Shown here: positions 8,136 to 14,686 of the stretch, piece after piece | Layout: every line of letters starts with the position of its first letter | How positions within the stretch are numbered: the stretch's first letter is position 1 | DNA from: Kiritimatiellota bacterium | GTDB taxonomy: Bacteria > Verrucomicrobiota > Kiritimatiellia > Kiritimatiellales > Tichowtungiaceae | Direction: 5' to 3' | Length of the DNA: 32,000 nucleotides | NCBI GenBank assembly: GCA_014381785.1 | Contig: JACNKZ010000029.1 | Location: forward strand, 55,107 to 87,106 | Translations under genes and position numbers: made by a program | Notes under the pieces: generated by a model | The model's database searches: none | What the model saw: the letters and a program-made list of their open reading frames with translations, nothing else | Told to the model about the DNA's origin: nothing

Positions 8136-8157
8136 AATCGGGTGCAGGTTTTTCTAA
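8136..8157 (+). repeat. 22-bp direct repeat, right copy
   Basis: AATCGGGTGCAGGTTTTTCTAA, identical to 7488-7509. Confidence 0.85.
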
Positions 8158-8248
8158 TCCCGATCATTCGGGACTCAGCTGTAAGCCCGACCCTTTCCCT
8201 AGACCCTTGAGACTTCGGGGTGGGCCTGCTTTCAGATTGCTTAAAAAA

Positions 8249-8263
8249 TTCCAGACTTTGGAA
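8249..8263. repeat. weak TTCCA...TGGAA palindrome (degenerate family member)
   Basis: TTCCAGACTTTGGAA, upstream of the thioredoxin-like lipoprotein gene. Confidence 0.35.
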
Positions 8264-8355
8264 CGGTTGTGCTAATCACCCGATCACGCTATCCTTGCGA
8301 CGTGTCAGTGGGGAGAACAGGCTGATTTTTTAACCTAAACAAATAGGAGAGCGGG

Positions 8356-8859
8356 ATGAAGAAGTTACTTACCTGTTTAGCAATTTTGGGATTTGCCGTC
8401 GCCATTGCTGGTTGTTCCGAACCGGCCTATGAGGACGGCACATCGCAAGAATATTCCGATATGCCGCTGGAAACTCCCGCCACGGGGGATGGATGGCTGA
8501 CTGATTTTGAAGCGGCCAAGCAGCTCGCCACGGAAAAAGGGCTGCCGATTTTGGCTGATTTCTCCGGATCGGACTGGTGCGGATGGTGCATCAGGCTGGA
8601 TAAAGAGGTCTTTTCGCAGGATGAGTTCAAAGCGTATGCTGAGGGCAGCGTTGTTCTGTTTCTTGCGGACTTTCCGCAGACAAAGCCGCAGTCAGAAGAG
8701 GTGAAGATGCAGAACGAAGCGCTGGCCGAAAAATATGGAATCCGTGGTTTTCCGACTGTGCTTCTGCTCGATGCTGAAGGTAACGTGCTGGAGCGGACCG
8801 GCTATCAACCGGGCGGCGCGGAAAAGTACGTTGAGCACATCAAAGACCTGCTGAAGTGA
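8356..8859 (+). CDS. thioredoxin-fold lipoprotein (CxxC)
   Basis: AGGAGA RBS 5 nt upstream. Signal peptide with lipobox (LAILGFAVAIAGC). The active-site-like motif DWCGWC and the GFPTVLLLD motif are typical of thioredoxin-like proteins. Confidence 0.85.
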   Translation: MKKLLTCLAILGFAVAIAGCSEPAYEDGTSQEYSDMPLETPATGDGWLTDFEAAKQLATEKGLPILADFSGSDWCGWCIRLDKEVFSQDEFKAYAEGSVVLFLADFPQTKPQSEEVKMQNEALAEKYGIRGFPTVLLLDAEGNVLERTGYQPGGAEKYVEHIKDLLK

Positions 8860-8861
8860 AT

Positions 8862-8936
8862 GTAGACGAGGCTTCCAGCCTCGTTTCGTTTGGCGGGGCG
8901 CATTGTTTTGCAAACGAGGCAGGATGCCTCGTCTAC
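8862..8936 (+). repeat. ACGAGGC-word element forming two local hairpins or one long-range stem
   Basis: Hairpin 1 pairs ACGAGGC (8866-8872) with GCCTCGT (8878-8884) and is followed by TTCGTTT. Hairpin 2 pairs ACGAGGCA (8914-8921) with TGCCTCGT (8925-8932). Alternatively GTAGACGAGG (8862-8871) pairs with CCTCGTCTAC (8927-8936). Confidence 0.65.
8866..8891 (+). terminator. possible weak intrinsic terminator after the thioredoxin-like gene
   Basis: A 7-bp GC-rich stem with a 5-nt loop, followed by the interrupted T-tract TTCGTTT. It lies 7 nt after the stop at 8859. Confidence 0.35.
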
Positions 8937-8967
8937 GATTGTTGGAAAATATAAGTGCACTGATGTT

Positions 8968-10557
8968 ATGAAAGCTTTTCGATTATTTTTTTCTGTTTTC
9001 GGAGTGTTGGCTTTGTCGGCGAATGCTCAGTTTGAGCAGCCCTATCAGTGGAGTCATTCGGTTGAGAAGGATCAGCTGGTCGTCGAAGTCGAGATTCCGG
9101 AGACGGCTTACCTCTATGCAGAGCAGACCGCTGTGGCGCTGGTGCCGGAGATTGAGGCGGTTGAGCGTCCGGTTTCTCACCCGCACACCGATGAATTCGG
9201 CACATCCGATATTTACGAAGGCGGGCAGACACATCGCTGGGTCTATCCCATTGATCCGAGTGCAACCTATACCATCCATATCAATTGGCAGGGATGCGGA
9301 ACTCCGGAAGGCGGCGGCGGAGCGGTCTGCTACCCGCCCGCTTCCGAAACTTTTTCTATTGATCCATTTGTAGGACACGCTTCCCGTATTCGGGAGCGTG
9401 TGTCAGACACAGGCTCTTTGCTTACAAAGAAGCCTGTCCTGCAAGTTTATGAGAATGGTTCCCTAATCGAACTGCTCGACCGCTTTGAGACGGTCCGCAC
9501 GGACGGCGGAATCAAAAATCCGGAAGAGTTTCTGGCGTTTCTGGATGTGGAGCAGGAGGTAAAATCCTCCTCCAGTCTTTTGGAAGGGAAGAACTTGTGG
9601 GTCATGATCCTTCTGGTTCTGCTCGGGGGGCTGGCGCTCAACCTGACGCCGTGCGTACTGCCGATGATTCCGGTGAACCTCGCCATCATCGGCGCGGGAT
9701 CCGAAGCGGCCACCAAGCGGCAGGGCTTTGTGCGCGGCGGCGTGTACGGGCTGGGTATCGCGCTGGCGTACGGGTCGCTGGGAGTGTTTGCCGTGCTGAC
9801 CGGCAGTAAATTCGGAACGCTGAATGCATCACCGATCTTTAATTTTATTATCGCCGGCGTTTTCGTCGTGCTGGCTCTGGCGCTGTTCGATGTGCTCCAG
9901 ATCGATCTGTCGCGCTTCGGTTCAAAATTCGGCATCTCCAATGAGAAGCGAGGGCGCTTGATCCCGGCGTTTACGATGGGTGTGGTCGCCGCGCTGCTGG
10001 CCGGTGCCTGCGTCGCGCCGATCGTGATCGCCGTCCTGCTGCAGTCCACCACCTTGTACGCAGCCGGAAATGTTGCGGGGCTTTTCCTGCCCTTGCTGCT
10101 TGGAGTTGGCATGGCGTTGCCGTGGCCGATCGCCGGCGCCGGGCTGACGGTTCTGCCAAAGCCCGGAATGTGGATGGTGAAGGTCAAGCACGGCTTCGGA
10201 ATTCTGATTATCCTGTTTGCCGCCTATTACGCCTGGCTCGGCATCGGCCTGTTGCCGAAATCCTCTTCCGGCGGGCAGTCAACGGAAGCGTCAATTGCTG
10301 AGCTGGAAGTGAAGTTGACCAAAGCTCTGGTTGACGGCCGCCCGGTCTTTATCGATTTCTGGGCCAGTTGGTGCAAAAACTGCCTGCAGATGGAAAAGAC
10401 CACCTTCAAAGATCCGGCGGTGAAAGAGCGGCTCCACGATTTCAACGAAATTAAATTTCAGGCCGAAGAAATCGGCGACCCGCAAATTAAGGCACTGCTT
10501 GACCGCTACAACCTGCCCGGCCTGCCTGGATACGTCATCTTGAAACCCATCCGATAG
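8968..10557 (+). CDS. dsbD: thiol:disulfide interchange protein DsbD (alpha domain + CcdA-like membrane core + C-terminal thioredoxin domain)
   Basis: The ORF track starts at 8890. ATG 8968 gives the signal peptide MKAFRLFFSVFGVLALSANAQ. The alpha domain has WQGCGTPEGGGGAVCYPP. The membrane core has LNLTPCVLPMIPV and GACVAPIV. The C-terminal domain has FIDFWASWCKNC. Confidence 0.88.
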   Translation: MKAFRLFFSVFGVLALSANAQFEQPYQWSHSVEKDQLVVEVEIPETAYLYAEQTAVALVPEIEAVERPVSHPHTDEFGTSDIYEGGQTHRWVYPIDPSATYTIHINWQGCGTPEGGGGAVCYPPASETFSIDPFVGHASRIRERVSDTGSLLTKKPVLQVYENGSLIELLDRFETVRTDGGIKNPEEFLAFLDVEQEVKSSSSLLEGKNLWVMILLVLLGGLALNLTPCVLPMIPVNLAIIGAGSEAATKRQGFVRGGVYGLGIALAYGSLGVFAVLTGSKFGTLNASPIFNFIIAGVFVVLALALFDVLQIDLSRFGSKFGISNEKRGRLIPAFTMGVVAALLAGACVAPIVIAVLLQSTTLYAAGNVAGLFLPLLLGVGMALPWPIAGAGLTVLPKPGMWMVKVKHGFGILIILFAAYYAWLGIGLLPKSSSGGQSTEASIAELEVKLTKALVDGRPVFIDFWASWCKNCLQMEKTTFKDPAVKERLHDFNEIKFQAEEIGDPQIKALLDRYNLPGLPGYVILKPIR

Positions 10558-10575
10558 CGTCCACCGGACGCGGAC

Positions 10576-10592
10576 TTTCCAATGTTTGGAAA
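10576..10592. repeat. TTTCCAA-TGT-TTGGAAA palindrome
   Basis: Identical to 4353-4369. It lies 18 nt after the dsbD stop. Confidence 0.7.
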
Positions 10593-10620
10593 AGTTTAAC
10601 CGCGAATCCACACGAATGGA

Positions 10621-10665
10621 CGCGAAAAAGCTCTTCGCACCCTCGGCGGCGCCTTCTTCGGAATT
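10621..10665 (+). other. 45-nt copy of the aspartate kinase 3' coding end (gene-end relic or repeat element)
   Basis: By hand alignment, 40 of 45 nt are identical to 7419-7463. The translation REKALRTLGGAFFGI compares with REKAIRALGAAFFGI. It is non-coding here, in the convergent spacer. Confidence 0.6.
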
Positions 10666-10713
10666 CAGGGATTCCACGCAGAGCCGCAGAGGTTTTGAAC
10701 CGCGGATGAAGGC

Positions 10714-10744
10714 AAAAAAGAGGGCTCGTGAGAGCCCTCTTTTC
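10714..10744. terminator. bidirectional intrinsic terminator
   Basis: AAAAAA-GAGGGCTC-GTGA-GAGCCCTC-TTTT. The stem is 9 bp (10719-10727 with 10732-10740), with an A-tract upstream and a T-tract downstream. It serves dsbD on the plus strand. On the minus strand it begins 10 nt after the FG-GAP gene stop. Confidence 0.75.
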
Positions 10745-10750
10745 AAACAC

Positions 10751-12619
10751 CTACTCCTCTGGCACCACGTGAATGGTATCGGATCCCGAGACGACATAGC
10801 CGTCATAGGTCAGGGCGCCCAGTGTACACTCTGCCTCGACCTCATATTCGCTGAGCTTCTCGGTATCGAGCTTGACCAACAGGTCGAGGTCGCTGTCGTC
10901 GTCAACGTCCACGAGGCTGGCCATCGGTTTGACGTCCTTTTTGCCGCGCAGTTCAACCAGACCATCGGAGAAGTCTTCTCCGCGCAGCGTGACCGTCAGC
11001 GGATCAATCGTTGAGGCGTCGAATGTCTCGTCGGTCAGAAAAGCCACCGGAATCACGCCGTGCGATCCCATGTTGATGCTGTTGATGTCGCTGCCGGGTT
11101 TGATGTCGATCTCCACTTCCATGAAACTGACCGTGACCGAGGTGATATCCGGCTCGCTGGCAAGGCCGGTTTCATTTCGGACCACCAGAGCGATATCCGT
11201 CTGGCCGATATCGAACAAATAAACAGCTGTCCCGGATGTTTCATCCACATCGTTGGACGGATTGCCATCACTGTCCGAATCCCAGGCCAGATTGAGATCC
11301 CACTCATAGGTGAGGGCACCGCCGTCCGGATCATAGGAGTCCAGCCCGTCAAGAGTGACCCGGCCCCCGACCCAGCTGATCGCATTTTCCACATATGGCC
11401 CGCCTGCATCTGCAACGGGTAACAGCTCAAACATATAGGCAGAACCGGATTTATAACCATTATCCTCATCATAACGAGCTCCCACGACGACATTTTCGCC
11501 TGAGATTGCCGCGTGAGTACCAAACTGATCGCCCGCAGCACCGTCACTGGCAGTCAGCTTGGCCACTTCAATCCAAGTTCCTGCAACACGTTCGAATAAG
11601 TATGCCGAGCCTGAGTTATAGCCATTATCATCGTCGTTATAGGAACCCACGATGGCATAGTCGTCTGATATTGATACAGTGAGGCCAAAACTGTCGTCTG
11701 CAACACCATCACTGGCGGTCAGCTTAGCCACCTCGGACCATGTCCCATCGCTGCGTTCAAAGAGATATGCTGCCCCCGTATGGTTGCCGTGATTTGGGGA
11801 ACCAACGATAGCATAGTCGCCCCAAGTCGCTGAGCTAAAGCTAAACGAGTCTCCAGCAGCACCGTCACTAGCAGTCAGCTTGGTAACTTCAGTCCAGGTT
11901 CCTGCGATACGCTCAAAGATGTAGACAGAGCCTGAGTCCAAACCTGTATCATCGTCATCCCTAGCCCCTACAATAACATGGTCGCCCGAAATCGACACGG
12001 AATAGCCAAACGCATCGAGATCCCCACCGTCACTGGCAGTCAGCTTGGTAACGTTAGTCCATACTCCATCGATACGTTCATAAATATAGGCAGAGCCAGA
12101 TTGAGAACCATGATCATCATCTCCTTCGGCTCCCACGATGGCATGGTCGCCTGAAATCGCTACGCAAGTACCAAACCAATCCCAAGCCTCGCCGTCACTG
12201 GCGGTCAGCTTGGCAACCTCGGTCCAGGTTCCGGCGATACGCTCAAAGATGTAGGCAGAACCCGATCTATAACCGTTATCACCATCGTTGCGAGCGCCAA
12301 CAATAACATAGTTTCCTGCAATGGATGCATGTATGCCAAACTCATCATAAGCAGCACCGTCACTAGCTGTTAGTTTAGTAACATTAGTCCATATTCCATT
12401 GATGCGCTCGAAGATGTATGCCGAGCCTGAGTTATAGCCACTATCATCGTCGTTATAGGAACCCACGATGGCATAGTCGCCGGAAATCGCCACGCGAGAG
12501 CCGAAAGAGTCTTCAGCCGCTCCATCGATGGCAAGTAGTTTTTGTGTTTCCACTACACCCGCGTTTGCCAGGCCAAGCCCTATGAAGCTTGTTATGCAGA
12601 ATGTGATTATCCTTTTCAT
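10751..12619 (-). CDS. secreted seven-blade FG-GAP (integrin-alpha-like) beta-propeller protein with a PKD-like domain and a C-terminal beta-rich domain
   Basis: Signal peptide MKRIITFCITSFIGLGLANAG. Seven repeats of 52-60 aa follow, with the pattern KLTASDGxxxDxFGxxVxISGDxAIVGxxxDDDxGxxSGSAYIFER. Then a PKD-like segment (PVADAGGPYV...LDGLDSYDPDGGALTYEWD). I saw no recognisable C-terminal sorting signal. Confidence 0.85.
   Translation of the reverse strand: MKRIITFCITSFIGLGLANAGVVETQKLLAIDGAAEDSFGSRVAISGDYAIVGSYNDDDSGYNSGSAYIFERINGIWTNVTKLTASDGAAYDEFGIHASIAGNYVIVGARNDGDNGYRSGSAYIFERIAGTWTEVAKLTASDGEAWDWFGTCVAISGDHAIVGAEGDDDHGSQSGSAYIYERIDGVWTNVTKLTASDGGDLDAFGYSVSISGDHVIVGARDDDDTGLDSGSVYIFERIAGTWTEVTKLTASDGAAGDSFSFSSATWGDYAIVGSPNHGNHTGAAYLFERSDGTWSEVAKLTASDGVADDSFGLTVSISDDYAIVGSYNDDDNGYNSGSAYLFERVAGTWIEVAKLTASDGAAGDQFGTHAAISGENVVVGARYDEDNGYKSGSAYMFELLPVADAGGPYVENAISWVGGRVTLDGLDSYDPDGGALTYEWDLNLAWDSDSDGNPSNDVDETSGTAVYLFDIGQTDIALVVRNETGLASEPDITSVTVSFMEVEIDIKPGSDINSINMGSHGVIPVAFLTDETFDASTIDPLTVTLRGEDFSDGLVELRGKKDVKPMASLVDVDDDSDLDLLVKLDTEKLSEYEVEAECTLGALTYDGYVVSGSDTIHVVPEE
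11417..12556 (-). repeat. seven tandem coding repeats (FG-GAP blades, mostly ~165 nt each)
   Basis: Residues 22-401 of the propeller protein. Blades 1 and 6 share a 64-nt stretch (12416-12479 vs 11600-11663) with a single mismatch. Confidence 0.85.
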
Positions 12620-12869
12620 TTTCTTACCTTCGTTAGAATTTAAAAAATACAGTGAGTTGCCGTTCGGATTGTGTTGCTGCTTCCCACGATAGAATCACCT
12701 CCTCTTCTTCCATAGTCGGTTATTCATCCAGTTGTACATCGACTCGGTAGAAGCATTTGCTGTCGGCGCTGCTGAAAAACAGCAGACAGGAAAAACTGGA
12801 AAGTAAAACTCTCAATAGGCACACCCCGTTCTTGAAACCCCACGGGTTCTTCTACTCTTCGAGAGGGCT

Positions 12870-12898
12870 TTGACAAGCAAAAAGACGGGTAGTTTATC
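12870..12898 (+). promoter_or_regulatory. possible sigma-70-type promoter for cimA
   Basis: A perfect TTGACA at 12870-12875, followed 17 nt later by the weak -10 candidate TTTATC (12893-12898). It lies about 100 nt upstream of the cimA ATG. The -10 match is poor. Confidence 0.3.
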
Positions 12899-12998
12899 GG
12901 CGTTTAAGGCGCCTCGGCTTTTTTCCTAAAAAACCGCCCTCAGGGCTTTGATTCAGGGGGGCAATTGTCTATCGTTCCCCCCTTTCGAGGTAAAGTTT

Positions 12999-14588
12999 AT
13001 GAGTAAAAAAACCATAGCAATTTATGACACAACGCTGCGCGACGGAGCGCAGGCGGAGGGAGTCTCTTTTTCCGCTGTCGCCAAGGTTCAGGTCGCCAAA
13101 CGGCTGGATGAGTTCGGTATTGCCTATATCGAGGGCGGTTTCGCCGCGTCCAACCCCAAAGATATGGAGTTTTTCCGCCTGATCAAAGAGGTGCCGCTGA
13201 AACATTCCAAGATCGCTTCTTTCGGCTCGACCCGCCGCGCGAACATCACCGCCGAAGAGGATAAAGGCCTCGCCGCGCTGATCGAGGCCGACACGCCGGT
13301 CTGTACCATTTTCGGCAAAAGCTGGCTTCTGCACGTCACCGAGGTATTGCAGACCACGCCGGAAGAGAATCTTGCCATGATCGCCGACAGCGTCCGCTTC
13401 CTGAAGGAGCACGGCAAAGAGGTGATCTATGATGCGGAGCATTTCTACGATGGCTACAAGGACAACCCCGAATACGCCATGTCCGCGTTGAAAGCCGCGG
13501 CCGATGCCGGCGCGGACTGTCTGGTGCTGTGCGAAACCAACGGCGGCGCTCTTCCTGAGGACGTGGCGGAGATCACCGCGGCCGTTGTGAACGAATTTGA
13601 TACGCCGGTCGGTGTGCATACGCACAACGATGGCGAGCTGGGCGTCGCCAATGCGCTGGCCGGTGTCAATGCCGGTGCGATGCATGTGCAGGGAACCATC
13701 AATGGAATCGGCGAACGGGTCGGCAACTGCAACCTCAGTTCGGTGATTCCCAATCTGATGCTTAAAATGAATGAAACCTGCCTGCCGAAGGCAGAAAATC
13801 TCAAGCAACTGCGTGCACTGAGCCTGTTTGTTTCTGAGCAGGCCAATATGCGCTCGAACACCCGCCAGGCGTTTGTGGGAGACAGCGCGTTTGCCCATAA
13901 AGCTGGAATGCATGTTGATGGTGTGCGCAAGGTGTCGCACAGCTTTGAGCACATCAATCCGGAGAGCGTTGGTAATAAACGCCGCATCCTGATCTCCGAA
14001 CTGTCCGGCGCCAGCAATGTGTTCCTGAAAGCCATCGAAATGGGGCTGGATGTGGACCGCAAGTCGCCCGAAGTCCGCGAGGTTCTGGCCCAGCTTGAGC
14101 AGATGGAAAAAGAAGGCTATGAATATGAGTCCGCCGATGCCTCCTTCCAGATGTTGATCAAGAAGGTGCTCAAAGAGCACAAGTCCTTTTTTGAACTCAA
14201 GAGCTTTAGCGTCACGGTGGATAGTCAGGGCGCAAACCCGGGCTGTCGCTCCAACGCCAATGTGAAGCTTTGCGTTGAAGATCAGTTTGTTGAAGCGAAC
14301 GGTTCGGGCGACGGTCCGGTCGATGCGCTCAATCACGCCCTGCGCGACGCACTTGCCAAATTTTATCCCACGATTGCCGATGTGGTCCTGCTGGACTACT
14401 CGGTGCGCATTCTCGACCCCGAAGAGGCTACCGCGGCTAAAACCCGCGTTCTGATCGAGTCGAGCGACGGTGAGAAAACGTGGGGCACGGTCGGCGTGTC
14501 GGAAAACATCATTGAAGCCTCCTGGGAGGCGCTGATCGACTCCGTCGAATACAAACTGTTCCTCGAGGAGGAGAAGACGAAGAAATAA
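12999..14588 (+). CDS. cimA: (R)-citramalate synthase (LeuA/CimA family, long form with C-terminal regulatory domain)
   Basis: The ORF track starts at 12948. ATG 12999 (MSKKTIAIYDTTLRDGAQAEGVSFS) has GAGG 8 nt upstream. IEGGFAASNPKDMEFF and HTHNDGELGVAN are typical of the citramalate synthase branch. Length is about 529 aa. Confidence 0.85.
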   Translation: MSKKTIAIYDTTLRDGAQAEGVSFSAVAKVQVAKRLDEFGIAYIEGGFAASNPKDMEFFRLIKEVPLKHSKIASFGSTRRANITAEEDKGLAALIEADTPVCTIFGKSWLLHVTEVLQTTPEENLAMIADSVRFLKEHGKEVIYDAEHFYDGYKDNPEYAMSALKAAADAGADCLVLCETNGGALPEDVAEITAAVVNEFDTPVGVHTHNDGELGVANALAGVNAGAMHVQGTINGIGERVGNCNLSSVIPNLMLKMNETCLPKAENLKQLRALSLFVSEQANMRSNTRQAFVGDSAFAHKAGMHVDGVRKVSHSFEHINPESVGNKRRILISELSGASNVFLKAIEMGLDVDRKSPEVREVLAQLEQMEKEGYEYESADASFQMLIKKVLKEHKSFFELKSFSVTVDSQGANPGCRSNANVKLCVEDQFVEANGSGDGPVDALNHALRDALAKFYPTIADVVLLDYSVRILDPEEATAAKTRVLIESSDGEKTWGTVGVSENIIEASWEALIDSVEYKLFLEEEKTKK

Positions 14589-14603
14589 GCGCCTTATCGG
14601 CGC

Positions 14604-14635
14604 GGAGTATTGGAGTGCCGGAGTGATGGAGTGCT
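14604..14635 (+). repeat. tandem octamer array (GGAGTNNN)x4
   Basis: GGAGTATT GGAGTGCC GGAGTGAT GGAGTGCT, starting 16 nt after the cimA stop. The inverse word CAATACTCC at 14667-14675 can pair with GGAGTATTG at 14604-14612. The valS Shine-Dalgarno GGAG (14677-14680) directly follows. Confidence 0.75.
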
Positions 14636-14686
14636 GAGAGCCCAATCATCCAATAATCCTTTAATTCAATACTCCATGGAGAATTT

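Larger units (their letters stand above)
7488..8157. mobile_element. candidate insertion cassette carrying the GxxExxY gene (bounded by 22-bp direct repeats, with internal 19-bp inverted repeats)
   Basis: The direct repeat AATCGGGTGCAGGTTTTTCTAA occurs at 7488-7509 and 8136-8157. The inverted repeat TTTGACCGGATAACAGGAT at 7602-7620 has its exact reverse complement at 8076-8094. The enclosed gene is visibly AT-richer than its flanks. No transposase or integrase is present. Confidence 0.4.

Noticed and set aside
10291-11014. ORFs 10291-10806 (minus) and 10586-11014 (plus) spanning the dsbD/FG-GAP convergent spacer
   Set aside because: Both cross a strong bidirectional terminator and are assembled from intergenic word repeats plus antisense or off-frame sequence of the flanking genes. 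The only meaningful part is the 45-nt aspartokinase-like fragment, which is reported separately.
12969-14645. 558-aa minus-strand ORF overlapping cimA
   Set aside because: Antisense shadow ORF of a strongly supported citramalate synthase gene. It has no motifs, a biased R/G/H/F composition, and its ends run into the repeat-filled spacers.
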